Positions 35,905 through 45,400 of a DNA stretch of 64,000 nt are shown one piece after another (position 1 is the stretch's first letter; every line of letters begins with the position of its first letter). Origin of the DNA: a bacterium (lineage in GTDB: Bacteria; Bdellovibrionota_C; UBA2361; RFPC01); NCBI GenBank assembly GCA_030431715.1, contig JAUIIO010000013.1:39388-103387 (forward strand), read 5' to 3'. The position numbers and the translations under genes are program-made. The notes under the pieces were generated by a model, which made no database searches, was not told the origin of the DNA, and worked only from the letters and a program-made list of their open reading frames with translations.

Positions 35905-36474
35905 ATGGCTATTGATCGAGAAACAGTATCAAGCGATCCCCTTAAAGCACGTATGGGATCTTCTTTTAAGACCCACAATCTATTTAAAGAAGCTGGAAGG
36001 AAACTCGTCTTTAAACCCACAGCTCTTAGCAAATTTTTCGCTGGAACATTTGTCGTTCTTGGTGCCTTAGCATTACTAGCAGGCCCAGTTATACTTATTG
36101 GCTTTGCCAGTCTGGGAGGCTTGCTCTTTCTTGGCGTTGGCGGTGTCTTCTTTTCATTAGGTCTTTTCCTTTGGCGACTCTTTCATGCCGAGCGACTCGT
36201 AGATTCACGTCGTAGAAAGATTGTGTATCCGGAATGGAAGCCGATTACAAAAATTCATACCGTTGATTTTAACTTTGACGAGGTTACTGCTCTTCAGATT
36301 CTTAGTAAGGTCGTAACCACAAAAGATACTCGCTATGAGTGCTATGAGCTTAACTTTGTCCATCCTGATGGTAAGCGAAGCAATTTCCTAAATCACTCTG
36401 ACTACGATTCGATAAACGTCGCAGCTAGGGAGATATCCATGTTACTTGGCTGTGAAGTCTTCGCAGAGGCATAG
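35905..36474 (+). CDS. Membrane protein, unknown function
   Basis: It has two or three TM segments followed by a soluble C-terminal domain. I recognise no family. Confidence 0.4.
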   Translation: MAIDRETVSSDPLKARMGSSFKTHNLFKEAGRKLVFKPTALSKFFAGTFVVLGALALLAGPVILIGFASLGGLLFLGVGGVFFSLGLFLWRLFHAERLVDSRRRKIVYPEWKPITKIHTVDFNFDEVTALQILSKVVTTKDTRYECYELNFVHPDGKRSNFLNHSDYDSINVAAREISMLLGCEVFAEA

Positions 36475-36544
36475 CTCTAGCGCTCAGTAAATAAAAATTC
36501 AAATATCAAGAAACTTTCTGGTAGTTCGTATCGAACTACTGGGT

Positions 36545-37207
36545 ATGAACACATTCTCACCACAAAACTTATCTGAAATGCCACGAGAGAAAGCAGCACG
36601 TAATGGCATCGAAGCGCTTTCTGATACCGAGCTTGTTGCCCTTATCCTTGGAAGTGGAGGCAAGGGGGTACCACTTTTAACTCTGGCAGAGCAGGTTCTG
36701 GCTCTTATTGACGACAAGGGCGCAGAAATTACGATGAAGGACCTGAGTTCTGTTCCTCATATAGGACCCGCCAGAGCAACGCTTCTTCTCGGAGTGTTTG
36801 AGTTTGTGCGGCGAAGAATAAGCCCTCATGGTGTAAAGATAAGGAAGGCATCTGATGTGCTTCCACTTCTTCAGCACTGGCAAGACCGTAATCAAGAGTG
36901 CTTTATCGTTTTAACACTTAATGGTGCGCATGAAGTTCTATCAAAAAAGCTTATTACTATTGGTCTAGCCAATACCACTCAAGTACATCCAAGGGAGGTT
37001 TTTAGCTGTGCAATAGCTGATAGGGCCTGTGCGATTATAGTAGCTCACAACCACCCTTCTGGAGATACAACCCCGAGTGAAAGTGACCGTAGTGTTACAA
37101 AGCGCCTTGTCGAGGCTGGCGATCTTCTAGGGATTAAGCTTCTCGATCACATTATATTTAGCACCAGAGGCTTTTATAGTTTCTGTGAGGCTGGTGATTG
37201 TTACTAG
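36545..37207 (+). CDS. radC: RadC-family JAB/MPN domain protein
   Basis: An N-terminal HhH-like region (SDTELVALILGSG) is followed by the JAB motif AIIVAHNHPSGDTTPSESD and LLDHIIF. Confidence 0.85.
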   Translation: MNTFSPQNLSEMPREKAARNGIEALSDTELVALILGSGGKGVPLLTLAEQVLALIDDKGAEITMKDLSSVPHIGPARATLLLGVFEFVRRRISPHGVKIRKASDVLPLLQHWQDRNQECFIVLTLNGAHEVLSKKLITIGLANTTQVHPREVFSCAIADRACAIIVAHNHPSGDTTPSESDRSVTKRLVEAGDLLGIKLLDHIIFSTRGFYSFCEAGDCY

Positions 37208-37228
37208 CAGATCTCGAGCGTACAATAA

Positions 37229-38308
37229 CTATTTGCTCGCTATATAGTAGTAATTGATAATGTCGTGCTCAAGCTCCTTCATCTCTACCGTCTTGAATCC
37301 TGCCTTTTGAATCATCTCGGTTGCAAGCTCTTTCCCCCACATCGCTCCGAGTCCAGCGCCATTCTGTGCGAGTGAAACGCTCATGCAATGAGTCGTTGAG
37401 ATAGTGTACATAAGAGGACCAATTGGGTGATTAAGATTATTCTCTAGGTGACTTGAACCGGCAATGTCCTGACAAAAATATGTGCCTCTAGGTTTCAGGG
37501 CTTTGAAGATATTATTCAGCATGACCTGAGGGTTGGCCTGATCGTGTACAGAGTCAAAAGTGAAGACTATATCGTACTGCTCGTGTGCATCAAACGTGGC
37601 TGCATCTCTTTGCTCAAAAGTTATGTTGCGTAGTCCTTTTGATGCAGCCTCTTTGTTCGCATCAGACACCGCAGAGTCCAAGAAGTCGTACCCGACAAAG
37701 GTACTGTTGGGGAAAGCGTTAGCGAGTGTAATAAGTGCTTTGCCTTTTCCACATCCTACATCAAGTGCATGTATTCCTTTCTCAAGTTGCTCTTTGAGTC
37801 CATCGACAAGTGGGAGGAGAGTGTCAAGGAGTGGGGCAACAACGGTTTGAGCGCTTTCATCAGCCATCACCTCATTAAATCTCTGATATTCACTGTACTG
37901 AAGCCCACCACCATTTTGAAAAGACTCGACAATTCTATCCTCTACTTGTGCCATAAGAGGTAACCACTGTGCCGTTACAGCAATGTTATTAGGGCTACTT
38001 TTTCTTGTTAACCAAGCGGCATGCTCAGCAGGCAGAGTGTACTTCTTATTGCTCGGTAGATAGCTAACAATTCCCCCTGTGACCATTACGCCCAACCACT
38101 CTCGGACGTAGCGCTCATTGAGTTCTGCTGCCTTTGCTATCTCATCGCTAGTTGAGGCTTCCATTTCGCCCATAGTGTCAAAAAGTCCGGTACGATATCC
38201 AACAGAGATCATAAGGCCCAGCGCTCCATCATTTAAGATACCGAGCATTCGCTCAGCAAATTGATCGGACTGTGACTGGTCGATAGCTATGTTGCAATTT
38301 GTACACAT
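37229..38308 (-). CDS. Class I SAM-dependent methyltransferase with N-terminal winged-helix domain
   Basis: ALDVGCGKGKALITLA is the SAM motif I and DIVFTFDSVHD is also present. The N-terminal 100 aa resemble the wHTH dimerisation domain of Rv2258c-type methyltransferases. Confidence 0.65.
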   Translation of the reverse strand: MCTNCNIAIDQSQSDQFAERMLGILNDGALGLMISVGYRTGLFDTMGEMEASTSDEIAKAAELNERYVREWLGVMVTGGIVSYLPSNKKYTLPAEHAAWLTRKSSPNNIAVTAQWLPLMAQVEDRIVESFQNGGGLQYSEYQRFNEVMADESAQTVVAPLLDTLLPLVDGLKEQLEKGIHALDVGCGKGKALITLANAFPNSTFVGYDFLDSAVSDANKEAASKGLRNITFEQRDAATFDAHEQYDIVFTFDSVHDQANPQVMLNNIFKALKPRGTYFCQDIAGSSHLENNLNHPIGPLMYTISTTHCMSVSLAQNGAGLGAMWGKELATEMIQKAGFKTVEMKELEHDIINYYYIASK

Positions 38309-38331
38309 GGTTTATTTTCCTTTATTTTAGT

Positions 38332-38919
38332 TTACACCTGCTCGTTTATTAAAAGTCGTACTGCTTTTTCAGCATGTTCAAAGGGCCATATCTCCTGAAA
38401 GATTTCAGCATTGGCTATGGCCCCAATCTGAATCATTAAAAACTGATCTGTGATATATTGAAGGTCAAGACTCTTCAGGGCAGGATCTGAGGCAAGTAGA
38501 TCTCGAATCATTTCTTTGATGATCGTTCGAAATTCTTCGTAGTGATGCTTCGCTTCAGCTCGGATTGGACTCTGACCATTTGGAACTTCGGCAGACATGT
38601 TTGCAAATGCACACCCACGATAATCTGTGGATTTAACCCATTCCTTAATCATGGGGGTAAATTGGAGATATCGTTCTTTGGGATCATCTATTTCTGAGAG
38701 AAATGCACGTAGGTGTTCAAGTTCCTCTTCGCTCCGTGACTTTAAGTACTCAAGTCCCAGCTCATCTTTGGTTTTGAAATGAGAATAAAAAGCCCCCTTG
38801 GATACCCCTGCCTGATCGATTATCTGCTGTATACCTGTGGCGTTATAGCCCTGTGCGTAGAAAAGCTCGCAGGCTGTATGAAGTATCTTGTCTTTTGTAG
38901 ATGTTCTTTTATCAATCAT
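38332..38919 (-). CDS. TetR/AcrR-family transcriptional regulator
   Basis: KILHTACELFYAQGYNATGIQQIIDQAGVSKGAFYSHFKTKDEL is a TetR HTH. Confidence 0.85.
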   Translation of the reverse strand: MIDKRTSTKDKILHTACELFYAQGYNATGIQQIIDQAGVSKGAFYSHFKTKDELGLEYLKSRSEEELEHLRAFLSEIDDPKERYLQFTPMIKEWVKSTDYRGCAFANMSAEVPNGQSPIRAEAKHHYEEFRTIIKEMIRDLLASDPALKSLDLQYITDQFLMIQIGAIANAEIFQEIWPFEHAEKAVRLLINEQV

Positions 38920-38933
38920 GAGCTAATCATACT

Positions 38934-38955
38934 ATAAACCGACCGGTCGGTCTAT
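38934..38955. promoter_or_regulatory. Near-perfect 22-nt palindrome (candidate TetR operator)
   Basis: ATAAACCGACCGGTCGGTCTAT has a perfect 14-nt core, ACCGACCGGTCGGT, at 38938-38951. It lies 15 nt upstream of the tetR start. Confidence 0.5.
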
Positions 38956-39141
38956 AGGGGGGTGAGGTTTTTTAGTTGATAAATATAAGGGACTTAGAAA
39001 CTTGGACACCGCTCAGCCTCTGTAATTACCTCTGCTGTGGATTGTCTATGGCGCGTAGAGAGGATAGCTCGATATCCGTAGACATAGTACGTGGTACGGC
39101 GGTAGAAGGGGGGTAGAAATGTTCACAGAAGATGGAAGTTC

Positions 39142-40047
39142 ATGAGCACAGCCTTCGAATGTAGTTTACTCATTCCCTGCTTTGATGCAGCACCTTATCT
39201 CCTTAGTCTCATAGAGTGTGTCCGGGCACAGGAGCATTCCTTTAAGGAGGTGCTTTTCTATGATGACGGAAGTAGTGATAGTACTTCCCGGATTATTACG
39301 GATTTAGGTTATACACCAATAAGGGGTGATTCGAATCGTGGAGTCTCGTATGCGCGCAACAGGCTCATAGAAGCCGCGACGTGTGACTGGATTCACTTTC
39401 ATGATGCGGATGATCTGATGGAGAAGAGTTTTTTAGCCGAAATGTCAAAAGTAATTCATGAGGATCGCTCGGTATATCTCTGTCAGTCAGATTGGCTTGA
39501 TGCCGATCACGGTAATGTTCAGACAGAATGGAGATACTCTCAAGATGACTTGAGCGAGAATCCGCTTATCGCAGTGCTTCAGAAGCCGGTAAGTACCTTA
39601 AATGCGATCTATCCGAAAACGCTCCTTGAAGAAGTTAAAGGATTTGATGAAACCGTCACGTGTTGGGAGGATGCGGATCTCAATATTCGAATAGCCGAAA
39701 GAGGGTATTCTTTTAGAGTTGTTGACCAAGTACTGGTAAAGTCACTGAGGCGTAGGGACAGTAGTAGTGTGCGACAAGGAGAGTGTGAAGAGTGTCGGTA
39801 TAAACTTCTTAAATCCTACAAAGAACGTATGGATAAGCATCTTTATCCAATATTAGCAGAAGAGTTTGAACAAACAGCAAGACGTGCTCTCCGCCATAAG
39901 AACTATGCTCTCGCCAGATCGGCATTGGCATCATGTAAGGAAGTTGGTGGAGAGCCGCCCACGAGCTCAAACAAGCTCTTTCAATTTTTGAAAAAAATAT
40001 TCCCTTCGTATTGGCTCTTATTTATACAGAGTTTTATAAGAGGTTAG
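39142..40047 (+). CDS. Glycosyltransferase family 2
   Basis: Motifs seen are SLLIPCFDAAPYL, YDDGSSDST and HFHDADD. Confidence 0.75.
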   Translation: MSTAFECSLLIPCFDAAPYLLSLIECVRAQEHSFKEVLFYDDGSSDSTSRIITDLGYTPIRGDSNRGVSYARNRLIEAATCDWIHFHDADDLMEKSFLAEMSKVIHEDRSVYLCQSDWLDADHGNVQTEWRYSQDDLSENPLIAVLQKPVSTLNAIYPKTLLEEVKGFDETVTCWEDADLNIRIAERGYSFRVVDQVLVKSLRRRDSSSVRQGECEECRYKLLKSYKERMDKHLYPILAEEFEQTARRALRHKNYALARSALASCKEVGGEPPTSSNKLFQFLKKIFPSYWLLFIQSFIRG

Positions 40048-40946
40048 CTTAAGAGTCTTTTAAGTTTTTGAGTTACTTTAGAAAGAAACGATGGTCCTTG
40101 AGGCTGCCAGCTACTCCAACTCGTATGTGATAACTCTTTGAGATATTGTTGCCCATAAGGGTGACGGTAGTGAAAATGCCACGGTTTGCAAGTTGTAATA
40201 AAGTGTAGAATTCCCGGCTCTAGTGCGTCAAGCGTTGGTACAGAGGGGGGATCGGCATCGTAAAAAGGTAGGGGATTGATAAGTTGATTCCAGCGAGGAT
40301 CGAGCTCATACCAGTCACCATTGAGAGTAGCGTTTAATGCTTGTTGTGAAACAAGTTTCATCTCGTCTTTATACTGAGAGAGATAAGCAAGTGCTCTCTC
40401 GGTAACCTTTTGTTCCTTCCAGAGTTTTATGTTGATCAACAGTACGCCAGCATTTAGGCATTTTGTCTCTGGTGGAATTCCTAACTGTTTGTAGTTATGA
40501 ATACCGTAGTCAGCGTCAGCCCTCGGTGCGTATGTATCGATTACTCCGCCACATGCATGCACTGAAATATCTTGATTCCAAAGTTCCTTTAGGTCTCCAG
40601 TAATGAGAACGTCACTATCTATGTACAGTGCTCTTTGGCAGTCTGCGGGCAAAAGCTCAGGAATCAGGAATCGGTACGATGTTGCGACAGTTAGGTGTGG
40701 GTGGTTTTTGGGGTGTGGGAGAGTATTCTGTTTAAGGGGATGAAAGGTGATCTGACTCTTCTCCAAACAAAGAGGAGCAAAGACCTTGGCACGTTGTTTT
40801 TGTGTGAGACCACCGTCAAGTACGTGCAGTTGTAAGTTCTCAGGATGTGAGAGGTGTCTCAGTAGAGAGCTGAGTGTCACAGCAAGGGGCATGGCATAGT
40901 TTCGGTCTGCTGCTACTACAAGTGTTAAGGGCTCATTCTGATTCAT
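40044..40946 (-). CDS. Glycosyltransferase family 8
   Basis: Motifs seen are VAADRNYAMPLAVTLSSL, YIDSDVLITGDL and NAGVLLINIKLW. Confidence 0.75.
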   Translation of the reverse strand: MNQNEPLTLVVAADRNYAMPLAVTLSSLLRHLSHPENLQLHVLDGGLTQKQRAKVFAPLCLEKSQITFHPLKQNTLPHPKNHPHLTVATSYRFLIPELLPADCQRALYIDSDVLITGDLKELWNQDISVHACGGVIDTYAPRADADYGIHNYKQLGIPPETKCLNAGVLLINIKLWKEQKVTERALAYLSQYKDEMKLVSQQALNATLNGDWYELDPRWNQLINPLPFYDADPPSVPTLDALEPGILHFITTCKPWHFHYRHPYGQQYLKELSHTSWSSWQPQGPSFLSKVTQKLKRLLS

Positions 40947-40954
40947 GGCGAGCT

Positions 40955-41593
40955 CTAAAGTACCCAGAGTGTTTCTACAAGCTTATTGGGGCCACCTTGT
41001 TCATCTACAATCTGGCAAACGCCTGGAAACTTTTCCCTATCATAGTCGTGTCCGCAGATAATTTGTGCATCAACAGACTTTGCCCACTCGATATCTTTCT
41101 TTGTCTCGTCATAGGTATGAATGGCGTCGAGGAAGACAAGAGCTGGTGGAGGCCCATCATAGGATTTAAAAAATACGTTTTTGTCACTTACCACTCGCTC
41201 GAGATTGCATGTTCTTTCTGCTTCTTCAAGTATCTGAGCTGTGATAGATGAGTGAAGCTCTTTGCTAATGTTTAGTGGGTTCCAGTCGTAAGAATCAACA
41301 GAGAGGATTTTTTGCTCAGGAGTTTTACGTAAGAGCATTGCTCTGGTTGAGCTGCCGAAGAGAGTTCCTATCTCGACGATTGGTCCCGTGTGCTGAGCGC
41401 CTGCGACGAGCTCGCCTAAGAACTGGGCTTCCCTGAGTGATACCTCACCACGCTTTAAGTGGAGAGCTTGTCTGATAACAAGATCACGATAGGAGAGCTC
41501 AGGGGCTCTCTCTAAATCCTCTTTCTCCTCTGGGGTAAGATATACGAGATCTCGATTGAGGCTTCGAAGGAGTCGTCTAACGGCGGATCTCAT
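40955..41593 (-). CDS. Class I SAM-dependent methyltransferase (Methyltransf_24-like)
   Basis: IVEIGTLFGSST and FLDAIHTYDETKKDIEWA are present. The gene starts 8 nt upstream of the GT8 gene on the same strand. Confidence 0.5.
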   Translation of the reverse strand: MRSAVRRLLRSLNRDLVYLTPEEKEDLERAPELSYRDLVIRQALHLKRGEVSLREAQFLGELVAGAQHTGPIVEIGTLFGSSTRAMLLRKTPEQKILSVDSYDWNPLNISKELHSSITAQILEEAERTCNLERVVSDKNVFFKSYDGPPPALVFLDAIHTYDETKKDIEWAKSVDAQIICGHDYDREKFPGVCQIVDEQGGPNKLVETLWVL

Positions 41594-41744
41594 GTTTAAC
41601 TACATCCTTGCTAATGATAGGGTTTAAAAAAGAAAGCCCTACTTCTTTATCGGTATTACCATAAGGCATGTTGTACATACTCGCTATAGAAATATAGCTA
41701 CAGCTTCAAAGTGTGAGCTATTTGGAACATCTTGTAGGTACTCT

Positions 41745-42785
41745 ATGAATTTTTTATCACGCAGAGATTCTGCTTCAAGGCTCCTTCAGTTAGACGCTCT
41801 TAGAGGTATAGCAGTGTTCATGGTGCTTCTGTATCACCTCACACTCAGGTATAGCGAAAAGTATGTAACTTCCCTTTCGTTTCCGTCATTTCTTTCTTAT
41901 GGATTCTACGGTGTACATCTTTTCTTTATGATTAGTGGCTTTGTTATCTTTATGTCGTTAGACAGAAAGAGATCTGCTAGCCAATTTCTTTTATTTAGAG
42001 CTTTTCGTCTCTATCCAACCTTTTTGTGTTGCGCTCTTATAACGTACTTTATCGTTTCTTGTGCTCCTCTTCCGGATTGGGACATTGGAGTCCTTGATGC
42101 ACTTGCAAGTACTTCGATGATAGCGCTAACTCTCGGTTATGAATACATTGATGGCGTTTACTGGTCGCTTGAAGTGGAAGTGTATTTTTATCTGTTCTTA
42201 AGCCTGCTTTTTGCTCTCAAGCTTCGGCGATACATTGTTATGATATTTGCCCTTGGGGTTGTCGCGCAGGCTCTTGCGGAAAGTCATGTCCTGACTTTTT
42301 CTTTCCTTTATAACATTCCCTACCTGAAACCCCATATCTTACTTTCCTATCTTCACCTTTTCTTATTTGGAATGATCTGCTTTGAACAGAAGACCTTTCC
42401 CAAGAAATGGCACGGTCTCGCGTTAATGCTCTGTGTCTTATCTCTCTACATCTATAAACCGCTCAGCTATTGTGTTGCGGTCACGCTCCTCGCCGTACTT
42501 TTTTGGAGCGCTACTCGCTTTGAGGTGAAAATTCTTAGAGCAAAGAGTCTACTCTTTTTAGGCTTTATCTCGTACCCACTCTATCTGTTACATCAAAAAA
42601 TAGGCCATCTCTTCATATGGAAAGGACTCCAGCTCGGTATTCCACTTCTCATTCTCTATCCTGCTATTCTCTTAGTCGTAATAAGCGGAGCATATATGGT
42701 CTCAAGATATATTGAGAATCCGGTTAATAGCTTCTTAAGAGGTATGTATTCATCTTACTCCCGAAAGATAGGAATCTCTGTTTAA
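41745..42785 (+). CDS. Acyltransferase family 3 (O-acyltransferase) membrane protein
   Basis: LDALRGIAVFMVLLYHL is present, with about 10 TM segments and FISYPLYLLH. Confidence 0.75.
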   Translation: MNFLSRRDSASRLLQLDALRGIAVFMVLLYHLTLRYSEKYVTSLSFPSFLSYGFYGVHLFFMISGFVIFMSLDRKRSASQFLLFRAFRLYPTFLCCALITYFIVSCAPLPDWDIGVLDALASTSMIALTLGYEYIDGVYWSLEVEVYFYLFLSLLFALKLRRYIVMIFALGVVAQALAESHVLTFSFLYNIPYLKPHILLSYLHLFLFGMICFEQKTFPKKWHGLALMLCVLSLYIYKPLSYCVAVTLLAVLFWSATRFEVKILRAKSLLFLGFISYPLYLLHQKIGHLFIWKGLQLGIPLLILYPAILLVVISGAYMVSRYIENPVNSFLRGMYSSYSRKIGISV

Positions 42786-42815
42786 GCTGTTAAATTTAAG
42801 ATATAGAGTAACGAT

Positions 42816-43826
42816 ATGAAGGGATATCAGGTACAAACCACCGGTGGCATAGAGGACATTAAGGCTGTTACGTTAAGTGAGCCTGAGCCAGGCCCTGGAG
42901 AGGTGAAAGTTAAGATTCATGCAGCTTCTCTTAACTACCGCGATTTTGGAATTGCTGAGGGGGGGTATTACCGCAATGACGTGCGCCCCATTGTGCCTCT
43001 ATCAGATGGTGCCGGGGAAGTTGTGAGTATCGGTGAAGGTGTAACACGCTTTGCTGTAGGCGATAGAGTCTGTCCCATCTTTGTAAGAGACTGGGTGAGT
43101 GGCCCGATCAAAGAAACCTATCTTCATTCTTGTCTTGGTGGCGGTGTTGATGGGGTGCTTAGAGAGTATGTTGTGTATCCCGAGCATGCTTTTGTTTCTA
43201 TTCCAGATAATTTTTCTTACGTGCAGGCCGCGACCCTGCCGTGTGCTGCACTTACGGCATGGAATGCTCTTTTTGAATTGGGGAATGTAACCTCAGATGA
43301 TACCGTACTCCTACTGGGTACTGGTGGCGTTTCAACATTTGCTTTTCAGTTCGCAAGCAAAGTTGGCTCTCGTATTGTTCTTACTTCTTCTATGGAATCA
43401 AAACTTGATGTGTTTCGTGACATGGGCCTTACCCATGGTGTGAACTATAAGGACCATCCAGAGTGGCATAAGGAGGTGCAGCGGATTACCAATGAGCGCG
43501 GAGTTGATTATGTGCTGGAAGTTGGTGGGCCTGGAACGCTGGAGCGCTCCCTTAAGTCTACATGCGTTGGTGGGCATGTACAGCTTATTGGAGTTTTAGA
43601 TTCTCCACGTGCAAAGATTGCGCCGATGATTACCGTTTTTAATGCGCTCACTGTTCAAGGGATTTATGTGGGAAGCCGTGAGATGTTCGAACGAATGCTA
43701 TTATTTATTTCTAAACACAATATTATGCCGGTAGTAGACAAAGAATTCCCTTTTGATTCTGCTCTTGATGCTTATCGCTATATGAGTTCTCAGAGGCACG
43801 TTGGTAAGGTAGTGATTACGTTTTAG
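42816..43826 (+). CDS. Zinc-type alcohol dehydrogenase / NADPH:quinone oxidoreductase family (MDR)
   Basis: Motifs seen are GEVKVKIHAASLNYRD, VLLLGTGGVSTFAFQFA and GKVVITF. Confidence 0.75.
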   Translation: MKGYQVQTTGGIEDIKAVTLSEPEPGPGEVKVKIHAASLNYRDFGIAEGGYYRNDVRPIVPLSDGAGEVVSIGEGVTRFAVGDRVCPIFVRDWVSGPIKETYLHSCLGGGVDGVLREYVVYPEHAFVSIPDNFSYVQAATLPCAALTAWNALFELGNVTSDDTVLLLGTGGVSTFAFQFASKVGSRIVLTSSMESKLDVFRDMGLTHGVNYKDHPEWHKEVQRITNERGVDYVLEVGGPGTLERSLKSTCVGGHVQLIGVLDSPRAKIAPMITVFNALTVQGIYVGSREMFERMLLFISKHNIMPVVDKEFPFDSALDAYRYMSSQRHVGKVVITF

Positions 43827-43894
43827 AGCTGTTCTAGAGTGAAAATTCATTAAGCGTTGCTCAAGAGACAAAGAAGCTGTAAATTAATTCAGCT

Positions 43895-44815
43895 ATGAGT
43901 AATGATACCATTGAGGTGAACAACCCCGAAAGTTGGTCTATCGGGCGACGTTATGCGTCCCTTCTGGGGCCTATCCCCTCTTCCGTCAGTGGTGCGATCC
44001 GCGCTCTCTGGGCCAATCACGATACGTATCTTGAATCAGGGGTAGATGAATATACAGGCAGGATATACTCAGCGGTCAGGAGGGTGGACAGAAGTGCAGT
44101 TCTTAAGACCCCAATATACTTCGCTGCCCTTGCTCTTTATTCCGATAAATTCTCAGACACGAGAGAGGATGATACCAGCAAAGCGCTCGTACAGATCTGT
44201 GGCTCTGGTATGTTTGCCACCCTTCTTGGTCTTATTTACACCCATAAGCGTTTTTCTAAGGTGTGTAAGGCTGAAGAGTGGGGAGAGCTCTCAAAAGAGT
44301 TTATCCTGAATATGGAATATGGATATCAGCTTGGCCTTCAAGTAGAGGGATTTGATCCAGCGATTGGGATGCTCGCAGGTGGGGTCCGGTATACAGCTCT
44401 GGCGACATTTCTTATGCGCGACCGAGAGAGCTATAACTGGTACAGGGTTCAGGACAAGCTTTTTAATCTTGAAGTAGAGCACAAGAAGTGGGGCTGTGAC
44501 CACGGGCAGATAGCCGGCTATATTATGCGTGCACTTGGTTACTCTGGTGACCACATGTCTTGTGCGTACAGTATTCGTGGTTATGTTGAGAGTGAACTTA
44601 ATAAGTCACAGCAGCTCTTTCGCACGATGATCCAGCTTCTTGATGTTATGCTTGCTGGTAAGAGTCTTAATGAAGCAAACTTTGTGTCGTCTGAATTTAC
44701 ACTCTCAGAAGATCAGTACGAAGCTCTAGCCAGCACCTTCAAAGCCTTAAAGGCAAGTGGCACGAGCTTTGATTGGATGACGCGTAGCGTCAAAGAGGAA
44801 GAGACGAGTGAGTGA
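43895..44815 (+). CDS. Hypothetical protein, possibly HDOD-like
   Basis: The only resemblance is weak: EHKKWGCDHGQIAGYIMRALGY resembles the HDOD E..fG.dH..vG core. Confidence 0.3.
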   Translation: MSNDTIEVNNPESWSIGRRYASLLGPIPSSVSGAIRALWANHDTYLESGVDEYTGRIYSAVRRVDRSAVLKTPIYFAALALYSDKFSDTREDDTSKALVQICGSGMFATLLGLIYTHKRFSKVCKAEEWGELSKEFILNMEYGYQLGLQVEGFDPAIGMLAGGVRYTALATFLMRDRESYNWYRVQDKLFNLEVEHKKWGCDHGQIAGYIMRALGYSGDHMSCAYSIRGYVESELNKSQQLFRTMIQLLDVMLAGKSLNEANFVSSEFTLSEDQYEALASTFKALKASGTSFDWMTRSVKEEETSE

Positions 44816-45317
44816 TCTCAACCGTGAGGTCGTCTTTTATGACGGGGAATGCGGCTTTTGCCATAAGTGGGTGCAGTTCTTACTGAGCCATGATCGGCGA
44901 GAATCTCCTTTTTATTTTTCACCAAGACAGACAGCCTTTTATCGAGCGCATGTTCCTGAGAGTCTGGCCAATGCAGAAACTATTGTTGTGTACGATAGTA
45001 ACGGAAATTTTCTAGGTCATTCTACAGCAGTAGCGTATATGCTGAAGCAGCTAGGCGGCCGCTGGGAGATACTGGGGAAGACTCTAGAGATGATGCCACG
45101 GTTTGTCAGAGATACAGGCTACAGATTCATCTCAAAAATTCGCAAGCGACTTGTGAGCACCCCATCTGATGTATGTCCAGTAGTTCCAGAGAATCTAAGA
45201 GATCGTTTTATACTGGAGGACATTGAAAATGTCAGTAAGTCCCCCGGAGGGACAATAAATACTGCCCGCAAAAAAACTGCAAAAGCGACCAGCTTTTTCC
45301 GGGAGAAGTGGTTCTGA
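44808..45317 (+). CDS. DCC-family thiol-disulfide oxidoreductase (DUF393)
   Basis: VVFYDGECGFCHKWVQFL is the signature CxxC in the DUF393 context. Confidence 0.7.
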   Translation: MSDLNREVVFYDGECGFCHKWVQFLLSHDRRESPFYFSPRQTAFYRAHVPESLANAETIVVYDSNGNFLGHSTAVAYMLKQLGGRWEILGKTLEMMPRFVRDTGYRFISKIRKRLVSTPSDVCPVVPENLRDRFILEDIENVSKSPGGTINTARKKTAKATSFFREKWF

Positions 45318-45400
45318 ATCGGTTGATTTCCAGCAAGCTACGCCAGCATTTAAACCGGGCATTTTCATTGGCGGGCAGTATATAAGAGAAGATTGACGTC

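Noticed and set aside
36545-37207. I considered radC as a marker of a mobile element or anti-restriction island.
   Set aside because: No integrase, conjugation, ssb or ardA-like genes are nearby, and I noticed no compositional break.
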